A stretch of 64,000 nt of DNA from Acidobacteriota bacterium (lineage in GTDB: Bacteria; Acidobacteriota; CAIWXX01). The DNA lies in NCBI GenBank assembly GCA_040755995.1, contig JBFMAF010000020.1, forward strand, positions 161,452-225,451, given 5' to 3'. Shown here in pieces: positions 18,727 to 28,361 of this stretch; the stretch's first letter is position 1; the number at the start of each line of letters is the position of its first letter. Both the position numbers and the translations under genes were made by a program. The notes beneath the pieces are model-generated. The model was given only the letters and a program-made list of their open reading frames with translations. It ran no database searches and had not been told where the DNA came from.

Positions 18727-18742
18727 TGGCACGGGAGTTGCT
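18727..18742 (+). promoter_or_regulatory. Sigma54 (-24/-12) promoter
   Basis: TGGCACGGGAGTTGCT matches TGGCAC-N5-TTGCW. Confidence 0.75.
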
Positions 18743-18857
18743 ATACTCGCTTGGTGAGGGATAACTGGTACTTCGGCTCCGGCCGCTGCACGCAACCAGG
18801 AAGTGAGTGCGCATCTCTTGCGGGTTTTCGATTGCGTCGAAGACATGAGGTGAGACA

Positions 18858-19604
18858 ATGATCAAGCTGAGAGGCGTCACCAAGTTCTATTCATCGGGGT
18901 TCGTCAAGACGTTCGTACTGCGCCGCGTGAATCTGGACATCCGGGAGGGCGAATTTGTTTCCATCATGGGACCGTCAGGCGCTGGGAAGTCGACCTTGCT
19001 GCATATCGTCGGGATGCTTGATGATGCCTCCGAGGGTGAGTATCACTTCTTCGACCAGCCGGTCCACACGCTGAGCGAGCGGAAGCGTACAGAGCTCCAC
19101 CAGCGCAACATCGGTTTCGTTTTCCAGAGCTACCATCTCATCGATGACCTGACAGTCTACGAGAACCTGGAGACGCCCCTGCTGTACAAGAAGGTGCCCT
19201 CCTCTGAACGCAGGAGTCTGGTGGCGGAGACTCTGGACCGATATCAGATCGTCGCAAAAAGGGATCTGTTCCCCAACCAGCTCTCAGGCGGGCAGCAACA
19301 GCTCGTCGCGGTCGCGCGCGCGCTGATAATCAGGCCGAAGCTCATTCTCGCCGATGAGCCGACTGGCAATCTGAACTCGAAGCAAGGCGGAGAGATCATG
19401 ACGCTCTTCACGCAGCTCAACCGCGAAGGCACGACGATTCTCCAGGCCACGCATTCCGAGAAGAACGCCTCTTACGGCAGCCGTATCATCCACCTTCTAG
19501 ACGGGTGGGTGGACAGGGAAGAGGTCTTGAGGCGCACCGATCCGGGCGCGGGGCAGGCCGCCGGTGACTGCAGAGCCCTCGAGGGGGCCGGGCAGAGGAC
19601 ATAG
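18858..19604 (+). CDS. MacB/LolD-type ABC transporter ATP-binding protein
   Basis: GPSGAGKS, IGFVFQSYHL, LSGGQQQ, LADEPTGNL. Confidence 0.9.
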   Translation: MIKLRGVTKFYSSGFVKTFVLRRVNLDIREGEFVSIMGPSGAGKSTLLHIVGMLDDASEGEYHFFDQPVHTLSERKRTELHQRNIGFVFQSYHLIDDLTVYENLETPLLYKKVPSSERRSLVAETLDRYQIVAKRDLFPNQLSGGQQQLVAVARALIIRPKLILADEPTGNLNSKQGGEIMTLFTQLNREGTTILQATHSEKNASYGSRIIHLLDGWVDREEVLRRTDPGAGQAAGDCRALEGAGQRT

Positions 19605-19683
19605 AGCGGACGTCTTTCAATACTGAGCGCACGCAGCGTGCGGCGAACTCCACTGACAGGCGACGGCCTCTCGCCTCTGGCGC

Positions 19684-22098
19684 TCATTGATAGCTGAATG
19701 TCCCCACGGTGGTGGACGTAACACTGGAGGTCACCTTGACGTCGGCGGTTCCGGTCCCGGGCGGGCTGTAGCAGATGATGATGTTGGGATCGACGAATCG
19801 GATGCCTGAAGCCAGCGTCGATCCGAAGAGGACGTTGAACTGGGTGCCGGAGGTGCCGGCGGGAGCCAGAATCGTGACGAGCGTGCCGCCGGCGGCGGGC
19901 CCCGATGTAGGTTCGACGTTGCCCGTCGCAGGGAGCACTATGAACTCGAACGGATTGCTCTTCTTGCTGCCGACCTGAACAGTGACGGAACCCGTCTTGG
20001 CGCCGGACGGCACGGCGACCCGGATGCTGCTGGTCGACCATGATTGCGCCGCTGCGCTCGCGACCGTGCCAAAGAGCACCTTGCTGCTGTCCTGGGACGC
20101 GCCGAAGTTGCTGCCGTCGATCGTGACGCTCTCTCCGGCTTTGCCGTACGCCGGTGATAGTTGCGTGATCGCGGGCCCGCCTTGCACTGTCTTCATCGCG
20201 TACGAGTAGACACCCTGATTCGTCCCTATGGCATACTTGCCGGCCTTGGTCCGGTCGATGTTGACATCGTTGATCCAGAAGGAGCCCAGGCCCGTCGAGT
20301 CGAAACTGCTCCAGGTCTCGCCGTGGTCGTTCGACACTGCCAACGCTCCGTAGCCGCCTCCGAAGACCCGTTCCGGCTCGAACGGGTCGAACGTGACGAA
20401 ACCCTTGGCCGCGTCAGTCCACGGCTTCCAGCTCTGCCCCCCGTTTGCGCTCCTGTAGATGCCGTCCCATGTGGATGCGTAGAGTATTGCTGGCGCGGAC
20501 GGGTCGAACGTGATCCGCCGTATCATGGCGTCCTTCAATCCGCTGCTGCTGTTTTTCCATGCGGCTCCGCCGTTGGTGCTCCTGAACACCTTGCCCTTCT
20601 TCGTTCCCACGTACACGTTCGAGCTGTCCGTGGGATCGACGGCGATAGCGGTGACGTCCTTGTCGGTGAGGCCGCTGTCGATTCGCTGCCACGTCTCGCC
20701 CTGATCCGTGCTCTTGACGATGCCGGTGCCGGGATTGCCCGGCACCAGTCCCTTGATGCACGCGAGGTAGATCACGTCCTCGTTCGCCGGATCCAGGGCC
20801 AGCGCCGAGCCACCCTCTTCAGCGTTCGGCGTCCTCAGCTCCCACGTCTTCCCACCGTTTCGGCTGATGGCAATCGATCCTTCCGGATCGCAGATCGACG
20901 CCACGACCAGGTTGGCGTCGGCTTCGTGGATCTGGATGTCCGTCACGTTCCAAACTGGCTCCTGCCCGCTGCAGAGCGTCGCCGGCTTCCATGCCTTGGC
21001 GTCGTTCTGGCTCCAATACAGGATCTTGTATGGGAGCGCGAAGATCTGCTTCGGACGATCCGGATGCGCCTGCACCCGGCCGACATACTGCCCGTCGAGC
21101 CCCGTGTTGGTGAGACGCCACGACTTGCCCGCGTCTTGCGAGCGGAAGACGCCTTGACCGAATCCCCCGATGAACACAACGCTCGTTCGATTCGGATTCA
21201 CCGCGACGCTCCACAGGTCGTTCGGGTCCACCGAAAGCTCGCTCCATGTCGAGCCGCCGTTTGTGCTCTTCCACGCCTTGTCGTGGACGGCATAGACATT
21301 CTGCGAATTGGCCGGATCGACTGCAACTGTTCTCGTGAACCCGTCCAGCACCTTGGACCACTTGCCGCCGCTGTCGGTCGTCTTGAACACTCCTTTGCAG
21401 CCGCCGGCGTACAGGACCTTCGGGTTCTTCGGGTCTATCGCCAGCGTGTTCTCGCAGTCGCCCAGATCCAGCCCGTTGCTGATCTCCTGCCAGGTCTTCC
21501 CGCCATCGGTCGTCCTGAACGCCTTCCTGTTGGCCATCAGCACATAGACGCTGTTCCCCGTCTGCGGATCTACTTCCACCTGAGGTATGCTGTTCCCACG
21601 AGTATCGGCCGTTTCAATCGACGACGGCCGCTTCATCCACGTCTTGCCTCCATCGGTGCTCTTCATCGCGCCGTGCGAGTACGTCACCGCGTAGACAACC
21701 TGCGGGTAGGTCGGATGGAATTCCATGTCGTAGATGCCGTCTGCACCTTTGTACAACGGGCCTGCGATCGCCTGCCACGTGGTTCCCTGATCTGTGCTGC
21801 CGAACACACGGTCGCCGCCGGCGGCGAGCATCGAACTGGGACTCTTTGGACTGATCCTCACGACCATCTCGTTCGCCCGAGCCGCGCTCGGCGTGAGACG
21901 CTCCCAGCTCTGGCCGCCGTTCCTGCTCCGGAACATCCCCGGCGGCCCCCAAGCGAAGACGATGTCCGCGTTCTGCGGATGGAAAACGAAGCCGGTGAAT
22001 ACGCCGCCGTATGGACCATTGGATGTCCACTGGTTGTCGCCGGCGGCGCAAACGAGCGAGAACGCGAGGACGAGAGGGACGTCTGTCCAGAGTCTCAT
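19684..22098 (-). CDS. Secreted BNR/Asp-box beta-propeller protein with C-terminal IPT/TIG domains
   Basis: Signal peptide; many SxDGGxTW repeats; PAITQLSP..G..VTI.GSNFG. Confidence 0.85.
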   Translation of the reverse strand: MRLWTDVPLVLAFSLVCAAGDNQWTSNGPYGGVFTGFVFHPQNADIVFAWGPPGMFRSRNGGQSWERLTPSAARANEMVVRISPKSPSSMLAAGGDRVFGSTDQGTTWQAIAGPLYKGADGIYDMEFHPTYPQVVYAVTYSHGAMKSTDGGKTWMKRPSSIETADTRGNSIPQVEVDPQTGNSVYVLMANRKAFRTTDGGKTWQEISNGLDLGDCENTLAIDPKNPKVLYAGGCKGVFKTTDSGGKWSKVLDGFTRTVAVDPANSQNVYAVHDKAWKSTNGGSTWSELSVDPNDLWSVAVNPNRTSVVFIGGFGQGVFRSQDAGKSWRLTNTGLDGQYVGRVQAHPDRPKQIFALPYKILYWSQNDAKAWKPATLCSGQEPVWNVTDIQIHEADANLVVASICDPEGSIAISRNGGKTWELRTPNAEEGGSALALDPANEDVIYLACIKGLVPGNPGTGIVKSTDQGETWQRIDSGLTDKDVTAIAVDPTDSSNVYVGTKKGKVFRSTNGGAAWKNSSSGLKDAMIRRITFDPSAPAILYASTWDGIYRSANGGQSWKPWTDAAKGFVTFDPFEPERVFGGGYGALAVSNDHGETWSSFDSTGLGSFWINDVNIDRTKAGKYAIGTNQGVYSYAMKTVQGGPAITQLSPAYGKAGESVTIDGSNFGASQDSSKVLFGTVASAAAQSWSTSSIRVAVPSGAKTGSVTVQVGSKKSNPFEFIVLPATGNVEPTSGPAAGGTLVTILAPAGTSGTQFNVLFGSTLASGIRFVDPNIIICYSPPGTGTADVKVTSSVTSTTVGTFSYQ

Positions 22099-22259
22099 GT
22101 GGCTTCCCCTCCGCGAGAATCCATTTCGCTACCTACGTAGATTAGGCCGCGGACACCACCGGGTCAAGCAGGTCCGAGGCCCCGGGTGGGTCCACGGTCT
22201 GTGGGGTTGTCAGCAGCGGACATCGTCCGACTGTGGTGCTCACAGGTGCCCTGTCTATC

Positions 22260-22348
22260 CGCAGATCGCGCAGATTGAACGGATTTCGCAGATTACAACA
22301 CACCGAGCATTGGTGGATTTCAATCTGCGTAGTCTTCGTGAATCTGCG
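22260..22348. repeat. Inverted repeat built from 9-bp-period CGCAGAT units
   Basis: CGCAGATcg CGCAGATtg aacGGATtt CGCAGATt ... AATCTGCGt agtcttcgtg AATCTGCG. Confidence 0.7.
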
Positions 22349-22415
22349 CGGGCTGTGGATTTCCCCTCCACCCGTCATCGTAGAGGCCCCACATCGCCGA
22401 GCATTGCGCCAGGAA

Positions 22416-24932
22416 TCACGGTTCTCGAGGTTCCTGATCGTCTCGGAGCTCCTGGCTCGGCGGCCCCTCAGTCAGCCGGCGGTTGAGGTCCCGCCGCTGC
22501 TCGATGACGTCGCAGTAGCACTCGCAGTCGGCATCCTGACCATAGCGCATCTGGATGTCGAGCGTGTCGTCCAGAAATCCCCCGTAGTAGGCCTGGGCCG
22601 ATGCCCAATCGCCGAGCTTCTCGTACGCAAGACCCAGCTGGTACTTGGCCTGGTAATCGTCAGGCTCCCGCTGGACCAGGCTGCTCAGAACGGAGACCGC
22701 CTCTTCGACCCGCCCTGCTCCCAGGTATGCCCTGGCGAGCAGCACATCCTGCGAGCTGCCGCGTCTCCCGATCGCCGGATCCGTGAGCAGCTCGATCGCG
22801 CGCTGGTACCTCCCGCTCTCGTTGTAGAGCTCCGCGAGGCGGTTGCGTGAGTAGCTGGCGGAATCGAGCCGGATGGCTTCGATGAACGCGGCCTCCGCCT
22901 CTTTGATCCGGTGCAGCTTCTCGTATAGCGAGCCCATGTTCTCCAAGATATCCTGATCCGGCCCGTCCCGGTCGATGACCTTCTTGTACCAGAAGACCGC
23001 ACGCTCAGGCGCGTCGATCCTCTCCATAGCATCGCCGGCTTCTTCTTCGAACGTGCGCCAGGCCATCCCTGCCTCCGTCCGGCGCCTCCAATTCTGATCG
23101 AGGACCCGTTCCACCCTCTCGATCCCCTCCAGCTCCCGAATGACCTTGAGGTACTCGGCTTCAAAGTAGTGAATGGAACCGGGTCGGGAGAGCGGGTCGT
23201 TACCACCGTAGTAGTATTTCTCGAAGTACTTGCGCGCCTCCTCGGGCTGCTCATGCCGCACCGCCAACAACGCCAGGAAACGGTAGCCGTCGTTCTGTCC
23301 GCGCACTGCAGAACCGGAGCGGATGAGCTGATCGCCCAGCTCCCTGGCTGCATCGAATTGCTCGTTTTCCATGAGAAGGCGGAATAACCGTTCAGCAGAG
23401 GACGTACCGTCCGATTCGAGGGCCATGGCCTTTCTGTACTCCGCGACGGCCTCCGCGGTCCTCTTCTGTTTCTGGAAGACCTGAGCCAGCTCGAGATGCG
23501 GCTCGGGCCGCGCCGGCTCGGCGGCGGCCCATGCCTTCAGGTGATCGACCAGGCCCACCTGGTCGCGACTCTCGGCCAGAAAGCGAGCCAGGAGCGATTG
23601 CAAGCCCTGCGCGCCGGGGCCGTGCTTGAGCCTGTCGCGTATCGCAGAGACGATCTCTCCGCTACGGCCCGCCTTGACCAGCTCCTCCACATGGCTCGAG
23701 ATCTCGTAGTACTGTCCGGAGCCTCCCTCCCAGTGGTAGTCACGCGGCACCTCCGGCAGGGGGGTGGAAGACGCCCGATCTTCATTATTCGATGCGCCGA
23801 GCTTCAGCCAATCAAGCGCCAGGTCCGTGAGACGGTCTACTTCCCCGCACGTGACCAGAGCGTCCGCGATGCTCGACCGGAACTCACTGTCAACCTTCTT
23901 CGGTTCCGCGGCGGCTATCAGGTCGAGCGCAAGCCGGCAGCTGCCATACGCTGCCAGCTGGTAGGCCGCGCCAATCGACGCCCGCAGGCGCTCGGCCGGG
24001 TCCGCGATGCTGTTCAGCAGCTCGTGGACCCTGTCAGGCTGCCCGAGGCGTGCGTAGACTCCGGCGAGCGAGGCCCTGGCGAGGTCGGTCCGGCCTTCGT
24101 CCCAGGCCGAATCCTCGCCTGTTCCGGCTTGAGCGCCTCGCTCGAGAAGCCGCTCGTAGCAGCTGGCAGCCTCGACATCCAGATCATGAGATTCGAGCGA
24201 GTCGCAGAGGACGCCGAGAACGCGGTCGCCGAGCTGGCCTGACAAGGTGTCACTGAGCACCTGCTTCAACTCCTCACGAGAGATCGCCCGCGAGGCTGCG
24301 GGCTCGCGGCTCTGCAACCAGGCGATGATCGCGTCTTCATCCTGGGGGAACCGGGTTCGCCACTCACGCAAGAGTTGATCGTACTGGACGCCGCCGAGCT
24401 GAGCGTAGACGTATGCCACGGCCCGGTAGGCATGCGGATCGTCGGGGTGGGTCTCGAGGAATCGCTCCAGCAATTCCCGAGCACGCTTCGGATCGCCCCG
24501 GCCCCAATAAGCCCGCGCGGACAGCTCGAATCCCTCGACACGATCCGGCCACTTCTGCGTCACATACGCGGCGATCTCGAGCCTCTCGGCCGGAGCATCG
24601 AGCAGCTCAGCGAGCTTCAGATGCGCATCGATGTCGCCTGGCACCGCCTTCACCCAGGCGCGTGCAACAGGTATCGCCTCCTTCATTCGCGAATCCCAGA
24701 GGCGCCGCCAGTCTTCCCCTTCGTATGGGACCTCGAGCAGCCTCTCGATCAGCAACCGGTAGTTTGCACTGTCCTCGGGATTGGACCGGATCTTGTTGCG
24801 AAGCTCCTGCAGCTGCCTGCTCGCTTCCTTCGCAGCCTCCACCGGGTCCGCCGGCTGCTGAGCCGGCTCTGCCGATTGGACGTGTGAGAGCCCGATCGCG
24901 AGAGCGATGATCACTGCGGTACATCGGTTCAT
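22416..24932 (-). CDS. Secreted tetratricopeptide-repeat protein
   Basis: Signal peptide MNRCTAVIIALAIGL; repeated TPR consensus such as AKYQLGLAYEKLGD. Confidence 0.8.
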   Translation of the reverse strand: MNRCTAVIIALAIGLSHVQSAEPAQQPADPVEAAKEASRQLQELRNKIRSNPEDSANYRLLIERLLEVPYEGEDWRRLWDSRMKEAIPVARAWVKAVPGDIDAHLKLAELLDAPAERLEIAAYVTQKWPDRVEGFELSARAYWGRGDPKRARELLERFLETHPDDPHAYRAVAYVYAQLGGVQYDQLLREWRTRFPQDEDAIIAWLQSREPAASRAISREELKQVLSDTLSGQLGDRVLGVLCDSLESHDLDVEAASCYERLLERGAQAGTGEDSAWDEGRTDLARASLAGVYARLGQPDRVHELLNSIADPAERLRASIGAAYQLAAYGSCRLALDLIAAAEPKKVDSEFRSSIADALVTCGEVDRLTDLALDWLKLGASNNEDRASSTPLPEVPRDYHWEGGSGQYYEISSHVEELVKAGRSGEIVSAIRDRLKHGPGAQGLQSLLARFLAESRDQVGLVDHLKAWAAAEPARPEPHLELAQVFQKQKRTAEAVAEYRKAMALESDGTSSAERLFRLLMENEQFDAARELGDQLIRSGSAVRGQNDGYRFLALLAVRHEQPEEARKYFEKYYYGGNDPLSRPGSIHYFEAEYLKVIRELEGIERVERVLDQNWRRRTEAGMAWRTFEEEAGDAMERIDAPERAVFWYKKVIDRDGPDQDILENMGSLYEKLHRIKEAEAAFIEAIRLDSASYSRNRLAELYNESGRYQRAIELLTDPAIGRRGSSQDVLLARAYLGAGRVEEAVSVLSSLVQREPDDYQAKYQLGLAYEKLGDWASAQAYYGGFLDDTLDIQMRYGQDADCECYCDVIEQRRDLNRRLTEGPPSQELRDDQEPREP

Positions 24933-25162
24933 AGCAACCCGCCTTTCTGAACGCCATCCACCTACCTGACCGTCGAGACACCTTGCACCATGAGGACATC
25001 GAGCTGAATCGGACACCGCAACCAGCATGCGGTATCATATACTACGGACGTAGTAACGTGTCGCCCGCACGAAGAGGCCGGACGCCCGTTGACCAAGCCG
25101 GGGATCCCCGGCGCGCGTAGAAAGCACCGACCCTTTGGTGGCTGCGAGGAACACATATCAAG

Positions 25163-25227
25163 ATGTTAGGGGGCCCCGAGGCGCTTGTCAAATCCGGGTT
25201 GACAGAACGCTCCAGAAGCGGCACGAT
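25163..25227. promoter_or_regulatory. Back-to-back divergent sigma70 promoters
   Basis: TGTCAA-N7-TTGACA at 25186-25204; -10 boxes at 17 bp spacing: TAACAT (minus) and CACGAT (plus). Confidence 0.55.
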
Positions 25228-25247
25228 CTTGGCAAAAGCGAGGACAC

Positions 25248-25754
25248 ATGGCTCAGAAATCGAAGAACTCGTTTGGAACCATGCAACGGCGCGCGCGTGC
25301 GAGGCGCGGGGATCGCGAGCGCCAGCCAAGGGCTGGAAAGAAGACGGCTTCCGGCGAGATCGGCGTCGTGAAGGCCTTCATCGCGGCCATCAACCGGCGG
25401 GCCCCTGCTGAGATCTCTCGCCTCATGGCGGAGGATCATACGTTCGTCGATTCCAGCGGCGGAACCCACTCCGGACGCGCCGGCATGACGGCTGGATGGG
25501 AGCACTACTTCCGCATGTTTCCCGACTACGCGATACGAGTCGACTGCATCCTGGGCGAGAAATCGCTGGTGGCCGTTTTCGGATCTGCATCTGGAACATA
25601 CAACGGCAAGCGAGGCCTGGTCCCGGAGAACAGAATCGAAATGCCGGCCGCCTGGAAGGCCGTGGTGGAAAACGACACGGTGAAGCTCTGGCAGGTGTTC
25701 GCGGATTGGACCGATGGCCACAGAGTAATCAAAGAGGACGCTGAAGCGGGCTAG
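25248..25754 (+). CDS. SnoaL/NTF2-like protein
   Basis: VVKAFIAAINR...LMAEDHTFVD...YFRMFPDY...WQVFAD. Confidence 0.75.
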   Translation: MAQKSKNSFGTMQRRARARRGDRERQPRAGKKTASGEIGVVKAFIAAINRRAPAEISRLMAEDHTFVDSSGGTHSGRAGMTAGWEHYFRMFPDYAIRVDCILGEKSLVAVFGSASGTYNGKRGLVPENRIEMPAAWKAVVENDTVKLWQVFADWTDGHRVIKEDAEAG

Positions 25755-25881
25755 ACAGCCGAAGACCTCATCGCCTGCATGCGGTCCCGGTCCCGTACCC
25801 GGCCAGGCACGCGCACGCGCGCCGGCCTGCGGCTCGTGCACGGGGGCGGGGTCCCGATCGATCGGTCCGACGCCCCGTCTC

Positions 25882-25915
25882 ACTATGCAGCGCGACCTGA
25901 GTCGCGCTGCATAGT
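25882..25915. terminator. Perfect 15-bp hairpin between convergent genes
   Basis: ACTATGCAGCGCGAC-CTGA-GTCGCGCTGCATAGT; no clear U-tract. Confidence 0.6.
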
Positions 25916-25933
25916 CTCATCGACCGAGAAACG

Positions 25934-28012
25934 TCAGAACCTCAAGAAGTACGCGTCGAAGACGCTCTGGTGCGGGTCGTACCAAGTGGGACGCGAGTAG
26001 AACCACCGCGGCGCGAAGGTGTCCGACCAGCCGAAGTTCGCGAGGTAGCCGACGGCATCTGACCCGCGGCGTTCCACGTAGACCGTGGCCTCGATGACGG
26101 GATAGTGGTTCGGAAAGCCCCAGCCTTCGGCATTGACAAGCAGGATCACGGGCCTGTCGGCCCGAATCTCGGCGTCTATCGCATCCCACTTGTTGTACTC
26201 TCCGCCCCTCCAGCGCACCACACTGGCGGAGGAGTAACCTTGATCTCTGGCGTACTCGACACCATGCTCCTGCTTCCACGGATACGTCATCCCATACTTG
26301 TCGCCGTCCGCGTGCGTCCCATACACGGTCTCGCACAGGTCGCCGATCTCCCACATGACATCGGAAATCGGGCCGCCGAAGTAGCAGTCGCGGTCCCGGG
26401 AAAGCTTGCTCAGGTTCAGACCTGGGAACAGGTTGGTCTTCGACTTGAACCGCTGCCAGTATGCGTAGATCATCGCCCACGCCGTGTTGCCGCAGCCCAC
26501 CGGGTAGTCGGAGTCGTCGAATGGTTGAGTCCAGGACGGCGTGCGCCACCACACGCCCGTGGGGCCCCATGGGCCGCGAGTCCTCGTGGCGTCGGTGGCC
26601 CCGAGGCGATTGACGTCGTAGTACCACGTGCCATCGGTTGACCGGAACACGCCCACGTCGTCGGCGTATCTATCGAAATCGGCGTCGATCGCAAAGGGCT
26701 TGTCTCCTTCGACCCCCCACGGACCGCTCCAGTCGTCGCTCGCGGCATCGCGGTTGTAGTTGTAGTACCACATCCTGGTCGACGGCCGGAAGACCCCGAC
26801 GTCATCGACGAACCCGTCGCGGTCGAAGTCACCTGCGATCGGCAGGTCCCCGGCACTGCCCCATGCCGACCCGACCACGTTCGCTACACCGTTGTGGTCG
26901 TAATCGAAATACCATTTCCGCGAGGTGTAGCTGAACAGCGCAATGTCGTCCATGTACCCGTCGCTGTCGAAGTCGCCGGCCACCGGGCGCATCTGATCAT
27001 ATGTGCCCACAAGCGAGAGGGATGTGTCGGTCGTCGCGTTGTGGTTGTAGTCGAAGTAGTACTTCTTGTTCGATACGCGTAGCACGCACAGATCGTCCGG
27101 CCTGCCGTCTCGGTCGAAGTCCCCCGCGAACTGTATGTCGTCCTTGTTCGACCACGCACCCGCCTCCTGATCAGTTTCACCGTCATGATCCCAGTCGAAA
27201 TCCCAAGTGCCGTCCACGGGATTGAACACGCCGACGTCGTTGGGGTACCCCGTCATGGGATCGCCGAACGCGCCGGCAACGGGCACGCCTCCGTCGGCGC
27301 GAATCACGTGACTCAGATAGTGCCTCGTCGTGGTGTCACGCGCTTCATCAGGACGTCTCCCCGCCGCCACGCATTCCCTGGCCCATGCATCCTGTTTCTC
27401 GTAGTCCCGATCAAGAGACTGCTTGTCGTAAACCGGCAAGCACCCCTTCCCGCGCACGATGCGCTCGAAGTTGCTTGTCAGCGCGCGGATGCGCGCGGCG
27501 TTCTCGCGGTTCTCCACGCCATCAAGTCTCCGTACTCTGGGCGTGCCGTCGAAGCCGATCGCCGCCAGAAGCTCGAAGCGGCCCGTGCGCCCATCTCTCG
27601 CCCTCGCGGCGCTGCGGAGCCAATCGTACCGGTAGACTCGAAGATCACGCCGGCCGGTCTCCTTCATGTACCGCTCAGTCAGCGTCGGCCCTTGCATCGC
27701 GACTTCGGGGATCTCGATGTCCGCCCGGTTTGCCGTGACGAGCACATAGCCCGCGTCCACCTCCCCGGTGCGGACCTTTACTTCGTAGTAGGAAACGCCC
27801 TCGATGCCGTCGATATGCAACGGGTAGGCCGCCACGGCCCGCGTGTTTGTCGTCCACCCGGACTTGCCCTCCCGAATCAGATCGTCGAGAACGGGCTGCG
27901 CCGCCAGCATGGCTTCAGCGGCCGAAAGCCTCGGCGCCGCCTCGACAGGCCGCACACCCGGCAGCATGGCGAGAAAAGACACCAACGTGAAAATACCCCT
28001 GCGTGCGTTCAT
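25934..28012 (-). CDS. Secreted streptopain-like (C10) cysteine peptidase with a pro-domain and inserted FG-GAP/VCBS repeats
   Basis: Signal peptide; GYVLVTA pro-domain; PxAGDFDxDG repeats; WTQ, PVGCGNTAWAM, NHYPVI, YLANFGW. Confidence 0.7.
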   Translation of the reverse strand: MNARRGIFTLVSFLAMLPGVRPVEAAPRLSAAEAMLAAQPVLDDLIREGKSGWTTNTRAVAAYPLHIDGIEGVSYYEVKVRTGEVDAGYVLVTANRADIEIPEVAMQGPTLTERYMKETGRRDLRVYRYDWLRSAARARDGRTGRFELLAAIGFDGTPRVRRLDGVENRENAARIRALTSNFERIVRGKGCLPVYDKQSLDRDYEKQDAWARECVAAGRRPDEARDTTTRHYLSHVIRADGGVPVAGAFGDPMTGYPNDVGVFNPVDGTWDFDWDHDGETDQEAGAWSNKDDIQFAGDFDRDGRPDDLCVLRVSNKKYYFDYNHNATTDTSLSLVGTYDQMRPVAGDFDSDGYMDDIALFSYTSRKWYFDYDHNGVANVVGSAWGSAGDLPIAGDFDRDGFVDDVGVFRPSTRMWYYNYNRDAASDDWSGPWGVEGDKPFAIDADFDRYADDVGVFRSTDGTWYYDVNRLGATDATRTRGPWGPTGVWWRTPSWTQPFDDSDYPVGCGNTAWAMIYAYWQRFKSKTNLFPGLNLSKLSRDRDCYFGGPISDVMWEIGDLCETVYGTHADGDKYGMTYPWKQEHGVEYARDQGYSSASVVRWRGGEYNKWDAIDAEIRADRPVILLVNAEGWGFPNHYPVIEATVYVERRGSDAVGYLANFGWSDTFAPRWFYSRPTWYDPHQSVFDAYFLRF

Positions 28013-28361
28013 CTATGTCCTCCAGAATCTCGCAGAAGAACGGGGCTGGCCAAATCGGGCCGCCCGTGCCCGATGACCAACCCGAACGAAACGGTGGCCA
28101 CCCCCGACCCCACGGCTTCCCGTTCGTCGCTTCATGCTCTTCATGTCCTGCCCGCTATCTTGCCGGATGCGTGCCACCAGGCAGGTGACCGCTAAGTCGA
28201 TGCAAAACCAGGGGGTTGTCCCACACGCCTGAGTACTTCCTTCAGGGTACGATTCGTGCCTGGGAGCGGAAAGGCTATTGCTGTCTTTGACTTGGAACGC
28301 GTACCGCGGTTCTCACCGGCTTGGGGACCGGAGTACACGGGAGGCGACGCGGCATCATCGA

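Noticed and set aside
26580..27290. Repeated GTCGAAGTC-type motifs as a DNA repeat array
   Set aside because: Explained by FG-GAP protein repeats (GDFD)
28161..28177. Sigma54-like site TGGCACGCATCCGGCA (minus strand)
   Set aside because: The -12 element lacks TTGC; too weak to call
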